Below are positions 1 to 12,723 of a stretch of 64,000 nt of DNA, in pieces (positions within the stretch are counted from its first letter, which is position 1; each line of letters opens with the position of its first letter). The notes below the pieces were generated by a model. The model saw only the letters and a program-made list of their open reading frames with translations. It ran no database searches and had not been told where the DNA came from. Made by a program: the position numbers and the translations under genes. This DNA comes from Antedon mediterranea (lineage: Eukaryota; Animalia; Echinodermata): contig NC_092677.1 in NCBI RefSeq assembly GCF_964355755.1, positions 2,378,101 through 2,442,100 on the forward strand. The letters run 5' to 3'.

Positions 1-1332
1 TTTGATACGGTTGACCATTCTGTGTTGCTAAATAGACTCAGTACTTATATTGGTATTGAAGGAAATGCACTTGATTGGTGTCGATCATATTTAGAAAAAC
101 GACCTCAACACGTATGTATTGGTGATGCTATTTCAAAAGCTTCTCTTCTAAACTTTTCGGTACCTCAAGGATCTGTTCTTGGGCCGCAATGGTTTACTAT
201 TTATTTACACCCGATACAGGATATCATAAGTAAATATGATCTGTGCTATCATGTTTATGCTGTTTCTTTTAAACCTACTCTATGAATTGCGTGTCTGGAT
301 GAAAAACAACTTTCTTAAATTAAATGATGAAAAAACAGAATTTGTTCTCTTTGGATCAAAACAGCAGGTGGAAAAACTGCCACCAAGCTTTATTCACATT
401 GGTGAAACCCAAATTGACCCGGATAGGCAGGTTAGAAATCTTGGGGTTGAAATGGATGTGGGTATGACTATGATTTCTCATATCTCAAAAACTATTTCTG
501 CGTCGTCTTTTCACTTGCAAAACAAGGATTCGAAAGTTTATAAATGAGACAGCAGCTAAACAACTTGTTTATGCTTTTGTCACTTCACGACTGGATATGG
601 GAAACTCTTTGCTACACGGGCTACCACAAAAACAACTCCACAGGCTCCAACTGATTCAAAATACAGCGGCACGAGTTGTTAAAAAATTACCAAGATATGG
701 ACACATATCAAATATTGCATTGGCTCCCTGTTAGGTACCGCATTGTTTTTAAAATATTACTCTTTGTTTTTAAGTCTATAAATGGCATGGCTCCTGAATA
801 TGCTTAGGCTGTATGTTCCCGGACGTAATCTGCGTTCTAGTGACTCGCTGCTTCTACATCAGCCTAAGTCTCACCACTCATGGGGAGACAGAGCATTTTC
901 CGTTACTGCTCCTCGTCTGTGGAATGCTCTACCGAGCTCTATAAGATTTTGCAAAACTGTTGATACTTTTAAAAAATTATTAAAAACACATTTATTCATT
1001 AAGGCATATGGAAATCATAAGGTTTCTTAAAGTTTTTTAGAATTGTTTTGTATACCTTTTCCTGGCCAGCATTATATTTGGGGTGCCTCTGTCTTGGTTG
1101 TTGTCTCTGAGCACCCGGTCGTCTGTGGCAAGGCAAATGTGTATCCTGCTCCTTTGTTTGGTCACCTAGGTAGGGGTCTGGGACCGCGACAGAACGACAA
1201 CGGATGGGGACCCTCAAAAGAAATTGCATTTTATTTGTGAGGAATTTGTATGATTTATTTCTTTTATTTTTAAATGCGCCTTGAGCACTCTGGAGTGGTA
1301 TGTGCGCTATAAAAATCTTATTATTATTATTA
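1..1332 (+). mobile_element. Decayed L2-clade LINE, 3' part of ORF2 (RT and C-terminus) plus 3' tail, inside intron 3 of the PDE9A-like gene
   Basis: Frameshifted RT motifs FDTVDH, VPQGSVLGP, YHVYA (the DD is lost) and LKLNDEKTE. C-terminal GDRAFSVTAPRLWNALP...FKKLLKTHLF is typical of L2/CR1 ORF2. Ends in gcgccttgagc...gcgctataaaaat followed by (tta)n. Confidence 0.9.
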
Positions 1333-1795
1333 TATTAATACTAGTTGCTCTGACATAATCCTGGCGTTGCGTCTAGAGCTTATACTTCCCAAACACTAAA
1401 CATTAGATCACTATGTTATGGAATGATTATTGATAGTAAGTGGGTTTTTTTAAATTTGTTTTAAAAATGTAATATTATGTATCATTGAAATAACTAGGCC
1501 TACGTAAGAAACAGATACACAGACAGACACCCGCAAACAAATTAGATATTATCAGGGAATATTATTAAGCTCATCTTCCGCCGCAACAACAATAACAGAT
1601 TAATAATTAACCATGTACAAACACTGCAGTGTATGAATACAGTGTCATTGTAACACGTGCGTTTTGCGTGAAAGGCCTATGTAAATGAAAGATAGAAAAA
1701 CCAAAGAGATATTGTCATTCTAGAGGGAGACCGGAAAACATGAAAAGCTCTGTGTGTGTCGACGACGGATCTATGTTCGCGATCATCGCTCTTTA

Positions 1796-1935
1796 AGCTT
1801 GGTTCTCACTCTTCGGACGCAACGCAAGCGCAAAGTAAGTTATTTTACAAATCACAAGCGATGGATTATTTGAACTGTCGCTTGTCTTTGGTCAACTCAC
1901 TTGCGTTGCGCTTACGTCCTAGTGGGAATCGAGTA
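1796..1935. mobile_element. Degenerate Tourist/PIF-Harbinger-like MITE
   Basis: Ends agcttggttctcact / agtgggaatcgagt match the TIR of the intact copy at 12423-12601; flanked by tta. Confidence 0.6.
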
Positions 1936-2062
1936 TTAAAAGACACGATAATCAATCAACTTATCGCGACATTTTAATCATCGCGTAGGCCGAGAAAGAC
2001 ACGCGCACACAAAATATGAATTTATAGAAAAAGTATTATGAAAATTCAGTAATTTGTCTTAC

Positions 2063-2972
2063 GTATGTGTGTTGCACGGCATCGTAGGAGCAACCGAAAT
2101 AAGAGCGTTGTTGCAGTCGACTAGGTTGATTGGAGTCCACCTAGAATAGAAACAGTACAGTATTATAGATTTAACAGGAAAAAATGTAGACTTTAGCAGA
2201 ATAAGAAATCATCCTGCCAAAAACAGAAAAGTATGGAAACAAATAGTGGAAAGCGTAATGACGTAATGAAATACCGTAATAAGGCATTAGCCTCATCATC
2301 ATTGTAACTAATGATTATGACGTCATCATCTTACCTGTTTACAGAGATAACAGCTGTCAGTAAATCATATATATCACGTGATGAGCAATGGAGGCTGAAC
2401 CGAATCTATACAACATAAAAAAAACAAATTAAAAAGAATAGGATCGACCATGGGTAGAACATTTCGTTTAGTATTAACAGTTAATGACAAACACATAAGA
2501 AAAGATGTTGTTTTTCTTGTTTGTACATAATTTTTGTTGGATGTTGTTTGGCATGTATGTGCCGTAAAATGGTTACCAAACTGACAAGCTTCTTTGTATA
2601 CTATTAAATACTGTAACATAATTTTTTTAAAGCCAATATATGTTCGCACACTGACAAAGTTCTTCAATTATTATTATTTCAAACATCGTAGCACAATACA
2701 GAGACCAAGAATGCCTTATTTTATACAGGTAAATTTTGAAGAAAATTACAGAAAATGATACTTTTGGAGAGGACCAGCTTTAAAGGTATGCTGCCCTTCT
2801 GTTCTGATACGGTAATACATTCAACACTAGTATCTTAAATGAGTAAAATCCACGTGAACTGAACAAGTAAATATTCAACGAATTAAAAAAAAGATTCACT
2901 TACTTTTTGCACATGACCATTTGTCTGTATATAAATAGTTTTAGTAAAATCCTTAGACGCTCCAGTACCCAT
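2063..2972 (-). CDS. PDE9A: PDE9A-like cGMP phosphodiesterase, first three coding exons (2972-2904, 2405-2335, 2140-2063); gene continues beyond the left edge
   Basis: GT-AG exons of 69, 71 and 78 nt join in frame to MGTGASKDFTKTIYIQTNGHVQK|IRFSLHCSSRDIYDLLTAVISVNR|WTPINLVDCNNALISVAPTMPCNTH. This aligns without gaps to the vertebrate PDE9A N-terminus as recalled (MGSGSS..IYLDIDGRIQK|VIFSKYCNSSDIMDL..VSIDPTMPAN). MGxxxS myristoylation motif present. The catalytic domain is not in the window, so a paralog is possible. Confidence 0.85.
2178..2260 (+). mobile_element. Short 3' tail fragment of the RTE-like LINE also seen at 22860-23075
   Basis: aaaaaatgtagactttagca...catcctgccaaaaacagaa...tatggaaacaaat..tggaaagcgtaatg is the reverse complement of about 22860-22935. 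Confidence 0.55.
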
Positions 2973-3091
2973 GATAGCAGTCAGCTAAACGTACAACAAC
3001 ACGCGCACGATGCTAAAATGCCCAAACGACTCGACGCGATGTAATATCACAAATTAATGAAATATATCAAAGCTTAAAGACATACTTATCG

Positions 3092-4019
3092 GTAACCATG
3101 GGAACGTGCTTACAGTTCTGATTTGTTCGTTAAAGCGTTGCTACGCAACAGTGGTGAAACCTTTTAAAGGTGATAAACTTGTGTAAATAATCAAGGCGTA
3201 TTATCTGGCTGAGACAATGGCCTAATTAATCAATGTATTCACTGTAATGATACCATTCATTTCCCACAGGCTTCCTTCATTTTAATATTTCAAAAACAAT
3301 ATGTGTAACATGAAAATAAACAAAGAAATGGTTATTATTGAACGAGACTACGTCACGATGATGATGATGATGATGACGACGATGTCAAAAATGATGTTGA
3401 TGATAATGATGATGATGATGTCAAAAATGTTTCACCTTTATAGAAACATATGCTAACAAGTATTGTAAGACATAAAGATTTCTTGATTTATTACGCATGT
3501 GTGGGAGGTACTATCTTTTAATTCTTAGTGCGTGTTTTGGTATTAAATCAGCTTGCAATTATTCTTATTTTCAACCTTGGATATTTACACACTGTTGTTG
3601 GTAGCTAAGAACAGGCTTTACACATTGCTCATTAAAGTATCATATATTAGGTCTAATATTGTTAATTTTGTTTATCAGAACACAATGAAGATTTTAGATG
3701 GCACACGTTAAATATGAGATAATAACATCTTCATTATTAATAGAATTGAAATTGATTGAAAATCCAAAATGGCGGCTTTTATTAGGCCAGATGAACTGGA
3801 ACTTTTTTTTGGTGGATATATAGACCCCATATGACACAAATCAGCTAAGAAACACTGTTTCTAATTTGTTCATTTTTTCTTTCAAAGCGGATATTATGAC
3901 AACACTCCACGCGCGCTTACTGCATTTTTTACGCGAACGCACTTCCGATTCCCATAGCATGATGCGCGCGCTTTTAATTCATTGCTTAGGAACGGGTTGA
4001 TAATAGTAACCTATGTAAC
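3092..4019. promoter_or_regulatory. Divergent promoter interval with RFX X-box-like motifs
   Basis: GTAACCATGGGAAC (3092-3105), GTTGCTACGCAAC (3137-3149), ATTGCTTAGGAAC (3981-3993) and GTAACCTATGTAAC (4006-4019). They form one pair near each of the two divergent ATGs (2972 and 4124). Confidence 0.55.
3357..3420. repeat. Interrupted (GAT)n microsatellite
   Basis: Directly visible. Confidence 0.8.
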
Positions 4020-4123
4020 CGCGTTAAAGTACAACATACAGTAGATATACACAAAACTTAGACATAGCCCTAGCTAGCTAGGCGGCCATACATCATCAAC
4101 AATTTAATAAATATCTTTAAAAC

Positions 4124-7047
4124 ATGATGTATACAGCGGCCGAAACGTTGACAGATCAGCCAATGATCAACACACAGATGAGGTAAATTTAAAATAGTTT
4201 CATCTTTAAAAAATAACAAAAAGGAGACGTGTGGAACCACCTCTTATTTTAGTATTATTATAGGCCTAAAAATATTGTATTGTTTATACTATAATAAGTG
4301 GGTTTTTTGGAATTGGAGGGGGAAGGGGTGTGGAGAGACTCTGCAAATACTCATTTAGTTTATTGTCGGTGTTTTTGTATACAAAGGGTTATAGGCCCAG
4401 TGAGCATACAATGGCACCTAGGAATGAGTAACTATAAGAGTGACTACACAGCAATGCCACTCAATCACCGTATAAAGAAGCAACAGCCATCACAGGACCA
4501 TCATCGGAAGAATAACCCTCATCCAGAGTACGTCTATCACCTGAGAAGAATGCATAATGAGGTAGGTTTACGGCGACGGGACAAGGGGGCTAACTAATTA
4601 ACTATTCTGGAGGAAATTAATACGTACAATATCGATTAGTCCTAAATATTTTCGTATAGTGGTCTTTAAAGCACCTGTATCGTTTGTATAGAAATTAAAC
4701 GGCAATTTACACAGAAACAACAACTTTTAAAACAATTATTAATTCACAAATGAAACTGTCAATGTGATTGTCAATTAGACGATGAAAAAATGTCGACGAA
4801 AACGAACGATAACGAGGCGGAAACAATCACTCCGTCGACAGCAAGATATGATTTCATTATTGATAATTACTATAATTTTGTGTGGCTCTGTACTTAGCCT
4901 GTATGCAACGTTCGTACATCAGAAGACGACCAACAACGACTATTGAACGCGGACTCTACGTCATTTATAACATCAATGCGTCACCACTACCCAATACTAC
5001 CTGTCCCTAAGAATCCTGGCACCCGTTGGGGTTGTAACAAAGGAAAGAAGGTTCCTGCTAAAGGCATAGGTATTGTACCGCTGTTATAACTATTCCGGTC
5101 GTGAGTGGTAGCGACGACGATGACGACGACGGTAACGAAATAAAAACGGCTGGCAGTGATGATGACCATGAAGATGGTACAGATAATATAACTAGCTATC
5201 GATGGCGACGGTAACGACAATGAAGACGACGGCCAACGAAAACGGTAACGACAATAAAGACGACGGAATGACAATGAAGACGAAGGCCAACGACGACGGT
5301 AAAGACAATGAAGACGGCGTCTAACGACGATGGTAAGGGCAAAGAAGACGACTGCCAACGACGACGGTAATTACAATGTAGACGACGGCAAACGACAACG
5401 GTAATTACAATGAAGACGACGGCAAACGACCAGACACTAAAGACGATAATTTTACAGACTTAATTATTACCAACAATAATGGTACATATTGATAGTTTAA
5501 ATGTACTAATATTCATTACTCCTTTTAATTAGTTCCGACGTCGCCGACGTTTAAACTTATCAAACGAATCGAGAGGATGCTACCAGCTTCCACCGAGGTA
5601 AATGTTAAAATTACTGCAGTACATGTGTATTGCACGGTTGGTGGTCCATAGATGACACTTGCATAGGCCTACATATTTGTCATGACTTGTCTTGTCATTG
5701 AAGTTGATACATTCACAAGACTATCAATTATACAATGCCAATCAATTACCGATATATATTATATGTGTAGTATCCAATTTGCGAATTGTTTTCTTGACAT
5801 CTGATGCCTCATGAATAATTCATGTCATCAATTATGGCACAATTCCGTATCAAGCTCCAGCTAAATTTAACATACAGTGCTCACCTTACACACATCCTTT
5901 TTTCATACCGATAACTATATGTAATGTATTATTTATATCCATCAGCCTACAACAATAATGAGCACGTCGCATCCGTTTTCATACGTGCCGCGACGGCGCC
6001 GCGTTGTACCACCGCTAGGAGAAGGTAAGTTTCACAAGCCAAACTGAGTTATATTGGTATACAAAGCAGCAATTAATGTAAAATGTTATTTCTTCATCCA
6101 AACATGTAATGCATAAATTAACAAATTGAATTATAGATTTCGCAGTACGATACGATTGCGCTGTAGAGCACCAAATGCCTGTTGTTGGTAAAAGCGAAGG
6201 CACCAAAAGGCCGGCTAGACGAAAACCGGTACCAAGCGCTCCTAAAGATACGCTAAAGGTGACTATACAACTCTGATAAGACATAACTAATATTAATAGG
6301 CCTTAAGCGTGATTCACAATAGTGACATAACGCAACGCAGCAACGTATTGGCGCAACATGATGTATTGCGCAATCACAATCACAAGCTACTCATAACCTC
6401 AGAACAGAAACTGAATTCCCTTCACAAGACTAACTTGCAGTCAACAGTTTATACACATATATGGACCAAAATTGTGGAAAGAATTCACTTGTAATGGTGG
6501 TAATAAACCGGTTATCTTAAAGAAACAAAATAAATGTATAAAAAAACAGGTTAAAAAATACTTTTTATCACTATATGCTGATTAACAACACCTTTGTTTA
6601 TTTAAGTTCTATATACTTGTTCTTATGTAAAAGGGTCCTACAAAAAAACGAAGCTACAGCTTTTTTATGCAGGATCCCTGTTCTCAGTTGTACTGTAATT
6701 ATGATGTACTGTAATTGATGACTAAATAAATGTGGAATAAATGAAATGAAATGAACCGACGACACAATAGTGCTGCAAACATCGCAGGTTTGATTTCACG
6801 CAGGTGGAGGCAAACACAATTATTGGAAGGAAATTTTCTTGCGTTGTGTAGGTGGCGTTACGTTGCGTCGCTAGTGGGAACCACGCCTAATACTGTTTCT
6901 CTAGTATTTATATTAATTATTATTCATTTAAAGGTGAAAGGGTTTGATGGTGGGGCTAGTAGAGACCCATCATCCGGAAGGCCATCTCGTAGACCAAGAA
7001 GTACCGTTGTACGACGCGTGAAACTGCCTGGTTGGATGACGGCATAG
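4124..7047 (+). CDS. Uncharacterised C2orf73-like protein, 261 aa, 7 exons (4124-4182, 4387-4561, 4898-5069, 5533-5597, 5946-6024, 6137-6258, 6934-7047)
   Basis: All six introns are GT-AG with compatible phases (2,0,1,0,1,0); total 786 nt ending in TAG; AATAAA near 7137. Motifs MHNE|PVCNV, KKVPAKGI|VP and FAVRYD..PVVGKSEG resemble recalled C2orf73 motifs YNEP, KPSCGIVP and FIHQYD..PLQGKRHG. The last exon is less certain because exon 6 can read through to TGA at 6274-6276. Confidence 0.75.
5106..5445. repeat. Degenerate ~33-bp GAC-rich minisatellite in intron 3 of the C2orf73-like gene
   Basis: Repeated units resembling gacggtaacgacaatgaagacgacggccaacga. Confidence 0.75.
6306..6887. mobile_element. 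Tourist-like MITE split by a ~360-bp insert
   Basis: Left TIR agcgtgattcacaatag at 6306. Right half 6753-6887 matches 31868-32003 and ends ctagtgggaaccacgc. The insert ends in aataaa(tgaaa)n, like a retroelement tail. Confidence 0.6.
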
Positions 7048-8011
7048 CTTTGTTTACTTTATCAGAAGTCTCTATTATATTTTAAAATAATTTTATCCAT
7101 TTACTAAAAAACTACAACCTGTGAAGATTATCATCAATAAAAACAATCTGTACAAAATTGATGTTTATGTTATATGATTATAATCTTAAGCAAACATTCC
7201 TGGTATGTTATGGTAATGATACCACCAAATGGAAATTTGCAGTCAATATTCAACAATTTTAGGAAAGAACTGGTCTTTTATTGGTCGAAAGTTTCAAAGA
7301 ATTTTTTTAAAAATTCATTTATTGTCATTGGTTATTGCATTTTATTGAGTACACTTTAAGTACATTTGTTAATGCTAAAAGAATCATGTTTACAAGTAAA
7401 TAACAATACAGCCATACACAAATAGGGCAGAGGTTTATACGTGAGCTATCAGAAATGGAAAAACACGATAATAGCAATTAAAACAAATATTAATAACAAA
7501 ATAGCACCAGGTATTATTTCAGTTAGATACTTAGATAATTTAGCAATACACCGTCACAGTCTATTACCTCATAGGTACTCCATTTTATACTCCTGGGTGG
7601 GTGAAGAAAGCACATTTTTAAGATTGAAAATTATGGCAAATTATTTGTATAAATTATTTATAAATGTCTTCTTAAGAATATTATACCATATTATAAATAT
7701 AATAATTAATATATACCATATCATAAATATAATAATTAATATATATAAAACATCACAGGCACAGAATATATTATATATTATATTGTCATGCAGCATGCAA
7801 GGCTTTCAAGATGTTTTCCTGTTTTTGTCAATGCTATCAGAAGATACACATTCAACATAGAAAATATATACACAGTATCATGTGTATGCTGTCTAGACAG
7901 TTATGAACGATGCGATAGGTCATAGTTCAAAGATCGTCACCTATCAACAATGTCACATAACATGTGTCACTAATTAAGTGTCAAAATAGAATACATACAT
8001 TTGTGACAACT

Positions 8012-11000
8012 TCAGACATTCTGAAAGCAGAGTGACGCGTTTGTGCCACCGAAGCCAAACGAGTTGGTGATGGCAATCCGATTGGCTGATGACCAACACT
8101 GTGCGCTATTGGCTACGTAATTCAGATCAAACTCGGGGTCAACTTCATCTAAGTTGATCGTCGGAGGAAAAACACCCTATAATACAAACATGGTTACTTT
8201 AACAATATTCACTTCCAAAGTATTTCACTGATGTAACACTATTGAAAGGTATTTATTTCTTCTTACAATTTAATTAATAACTCATATTATTTTAGATGTT
8301 TGAGAATGAGACTTACCTTTTGGCATGCCAGCACAGAGAAAGCAGCTTCTATAGCCCCTGCTGCCCCTAGTAAGTGACCTGTGGCACCCTTTGTAGACGA
8401 AATAGCCAGGGTATAGGCATGGTCACCAAACACACCCTTAGTTGCACGATTCTCTACTGCATCACCTATGAAATATATTAACACATAATAATAATAACTA
8501 CTTAGAATGATATGTTATGGTAGAAAAGGCAAGGAGTTCTATTTGTTCATAGGTGGGTTGAAGCAGAAGTCTACCACCCGAACCTGGCCACCCCTACATT
8601 TCAGAAAATACAAACAAGTGCAACACTTCATACAACAATTTTTAGGCCCTGGGCTTTTCTATTTCAAGAACACATACACCACAACTCATCTATTCCCTAA
8701 ATTGCAGCTATATAAAGGTATACATCTCATCCAAAATACTAAAGGGATTACAAACGCTTATTGTTGTTTCTTTAACAAGTAAACTTTTAAATTGAAAGGC
8801 GCTAGTCCGCTTACCTAATGGAGTGGAGGTTGCGTGAGCATTCACATAGCCAATTTGTTGAGGTTCAATGCGCGAGTCACGCAATGCTGCTCTCATACAA
8901 CGGATTGCACCTGATCCATCTTCACTTGGAGCTGTGATGTGACTTGCATCCCCTAAAAACAACAATACTGAAGTAAAAACTACATTACTGAAGCAATACC
9001 TACATTACTGAAGTAATAACAATATTACTGAAGGAATAACTACATTACTGAAGTAATAACTACATTAAACACAGATTGTACAGTAGATCCACCCAGTATT
9101 GACAAACTTACCAGATAGCCCATAGCCTAATATCTCAGCCATTATCTTCGCCCCACGTTTTTCTGCATGATTATATTCCTAAACAAAACATTGCAAAAGT
9201 TATTTAGAATTTGTTTTATTATACTGCGGTGGATGCTGAAAATTATTTTGAAACTCAAAATCAAGTCATGATATTAAACATTATTAACCCAGCAATGTAA
9301 TGTTGTATTAACAAAGCAATACAGCAACCTCAAATTATAAAGAATTCTTACATTACCTCTAGCACTAATACAGTAGCGCCCTCTGCCATTACAAATCCGT
9401 CCCTGTCCTGGTTAAATGGTCTTGATGCTTTTGTGGGGATATCATTGAAATTTGTACTTAAAGCTCGAGCTCTAAATAGCAAACAGAACAATTACAATCT
9501 TCAATATGCTTCCATTTATCACTCAAGTACAGAAGCAAAATACTCACTTTTATATTTTTTTCATGTTAAAAATATTCTACTGCAGTTCCCATATTTTACT
9601 GCAATAACTTAGTTTCAATGTAAAAGTTTATGAGGCAGTCAAAGCAATACACAGTGTGTATATTACATAAAAGATACTATTACATAAACAGGTTAATAAG
9701 TAAACAAAATGTAGTTACTGCAGTAACAGCAGTAGATCAAGGACCCGATTTTTAAATTGACAAACCTCCCAAAACCAGCCATACTCATTGGAGAGATGCA
9801 TGCCTCTGTACCCCCTGTCACCATGACATCAGCATCACCATTGCGTATAAACCTCATGGCATCACCTATGGAATGGGCTCCTGTTGTACATGCTGTTGAG
9901 ACCGAATGGTTTGGTCCCTAAGGTACAAACAACATAAAGTTTACCTTTACTAAAACTTTAATCGTAAGTGTCTATAAATGAAGGATGGTTTATGATGTTT
10001 ATGATTATCACATTATATTCAGAGAACACTTTCTTAGGTTTTACGGCATTTGAAATATAAACAAAGTACTTGCCTTTAAATTATATTTGATGCTAACATT
10101 ACCAGCTGCCATATTTACTAGGATCTTTGGCACTAAGAATGGACTAATTTTCTTGTAACCCTAAAAAGCAATCAAATATTATTCATTTATACAGTATTTA
10201 ACATTAATGCAAAGATGATACGACAAGTAAAGTAATTGTAGTAAAGAGGTAACCTAGTAAAAAGTACAAACATTTTGTAAAATAATTGTATACTTACCCT
10301 TGCTTCTAGGGACTTTCCAGATGCTATGATCTCATCCATACCAACCATGCCCATACCAATGGCAACACCCTATGATGAATAGATAACACAATTTAAAATT
10401 GAGCCAGATAATTTAAAGATAAAACGTAATACTATATATTAGTATTACTGTTACAAGAACACCAAAGTCACAATGTACAGTGGCATATCCAGAATTTTGA
10501 AATCAGTTTATTTAAATTCGCTGAACTCAATCTTAAATGTCTTTATTTTTCACTTTATGACACAACTAAGAATCTTGTAATACTATTTTAGCATCTGTAC
10601 TTACTGTATACTCACTCTGTTCTGGTGTGGAAGGTTTCCAGCCTGCTTGCTGGAGTGCTTCACATGGCACCTCCACCGAACTAAGAACTATAGCATCTTT
10701 ACTTACCGTGTACTCACTCTGTTCTGGTGTAGAAGGCTTCCAGCCTGCTTGCTGCAGTGCTTCATCTGCAGCTGCTAATGCAAATATTGTAGCATTGCTC
10801 ATCGAGCCTCTTTCCTGTAAATAACATGAAGTCTAGGTCACCTTCTTCAAGTTTACAGAGTTTGACCTCTAATGTTTCTTTATGGTTTTTAAACCTATTC
10901 CCCTCTCTCTTGAAGTTTAAAACAACGTTTTAAACGATGTTACGTTACTGTATTTACAAAATAAAAAGTAATGTTCACATACCCTTTTTGACAAATAATT

Positions 11001-11692
11001 ATCAACATTAAACTCTCCTTTGTTTTCACCAACTGGTACATATCCAGCTAAAAAAAACCAACAAGAAAACAAATTTACTTTAAAAGAAAAATATGGTGAC
11101 CTAGCCAGCGTGAGCCCTCAAAAAGACAAACAACGCAGAATTATAAAGTTAAAAATAGAGATATAGTCATATTATTATATATAATTGAAACTACATGAAT
11201 GTGTACGTACCAACTTGACTTGGATTTCCTTCAAAACCATCACCGATTAGATTACTTATTCCACAATCACCAGCAATAAGTCTCGACCAAACATGCTCAG
11301 TCCCAACACCAAGTGGGCAAACAATCCCTGTAGTGTAGAAAATAACAAGATTAAGGAAAATATAATATTAATCTGTAATATCGAAAAGATTATATAAATG
11401 TATTAGTGCACCTACACATAATGCCACTAGCTAACATTAGTACGAACTGACCACAAGTAAGTACTGCTCATTGGAAATACCGATTTTATACCCAGAGATT
11501 CTACAACAGCAAACCACGTTTGACATATTTCAGGTAGGCCTAACTTCAACTAAGTGTTAACGTAGTCAAAATAGCTGAATGGGCTTATTAATTACCAATT
11601 CCTGTTACTACCACTCTTTTTCTTATATCACTTGAATAATATTTTCTTTGAACTAAGTTTTTAAACACAAATATCGAACTTTTTCGAAGCAT
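8012..11692 (-). CDS. OXSM: Mitochondrial 3-oxoacyl-[acyl-carrier-protein] synthase (FabF/KAS II type), 443 aa, 12 exons: 11692-11596, 11327-11211, 11047-10983, 10814-10707, 10369-10298, 10160-10074, 9917-9766, 9471-9357, 9178-9112, 8952-8815, 8465-8317, 8176-8012
   Basis: Spliced ORF of 1332 nt. Basic presequence-like start [21 protein letters not shown], then RVVVTGIG, catalytic [50 protein letters not shown] and [10 protein letters not shown]. Intron 6 uses a GC donor. Confidence 0.96.
8964..9067. repeat. 20-bp minisatellite, about 5 copies, in an OXSM intron
   Basis: Repeated attactgaagtaataactac units. Confidence 0.8.
10586..10662 (-). repeat. Tandem duplicate of the 3' half of OXSM exon 4 with its splice donor
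   Basis: [19 protein letters not shown]|gtaagt occurs twice, 102 nt apart. Confidence 0.9.
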
Positions 11693-12422
11693 GGTAAACT
11701 GTTTAACACAAGAACAAGTGAAGCGTGACCAGCATGAACAAATTTTGTTTATGTTCGTGCGCCCTCTATATTCGAGTTGTTAACTTTGTTGGCAGTGTCG
11801 TCAATCGTGTTTTTATTACGCACACTTACTGCTTGTCATTTACGAATCTACAAAAATATGTATCTCGTATAATTAATTACACAAACACGTCCCGCTTCCT
11901 ATTCTTTATTACATAGTTTGTTTAATACGATACTCCTGTGACAAATACCTATTAAAACGTCATCTAAAATGTATGTTTTTCTCGACATACAAAAATACCC
12001 GAACCATTTCCTTATTAACTTTATCTTATGTGCTTTCGGACTCTTAACCGGCAACCTATAATTCTTTGATTTCATAGTTTAAGTTAGAATATAGCTTTCA
12101 TATAATATTTTGTCGTGAAGAAATGTGTTTTTACTATCGTGAAATACACAGAATATAATTGAAAAGGAACGTATGAAATAAAAATAATACGAATAAAAAT
12201 AATGGCCTAAGTCCTATTAATATGGATCTCGTTTATCTTGCAAAGCCCGGATATATAGACTCGATGATGAAAAAACCAATCATTCTGTGTTACATTAAAG
12301 TTGGACATGGGTTTATTTGTTGTAGACATTAATAGAAACAAACTAATGGTTATCTCTATTTCAAATTCATTCAGTCTGTACTTGAGCAAATCTTGCAGAT
12401 CGGTGAATATGATAGACTCTTA

Positions 12423-12601
12423 AGCGTGGTTCCCACTAGCGACGCAACACAATGACGTAACGCAACGCAAGTGAATTGACCAATCACAAGCGATGGCTTA
12501 TTCGATTGTGATTGCTAACCGTCTATAACTTCGCTTGTCATTGGTTAAAACGCTTGCGTTGCGTTTACGTCCTTGCGTTACGTTCTAGTGGGAACCAGGC
12601 T
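12423..12601. mobile_element. Tourist/PIF-Harbinger-like MITE (179 bp)
   Basis: TIRs agcgtggttcccactag / ctagtgggaaccaggct; TTA target duplication at 12420-12422 and 12602-12604. A further partial copy follows at about 12607-12660. Confidence 0.8.
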
Positions 12602-12723
12602 TTAGGATTGGTTCCCACTAGAAAAATTGCGGTGCTTACATCCTTGCGTTGCGTCCTAATGCTTTACAAATTGATACTGAAACGAACTATAACTATCAAC
12701 CGTGTGTGTGGATCGTACTTTAT

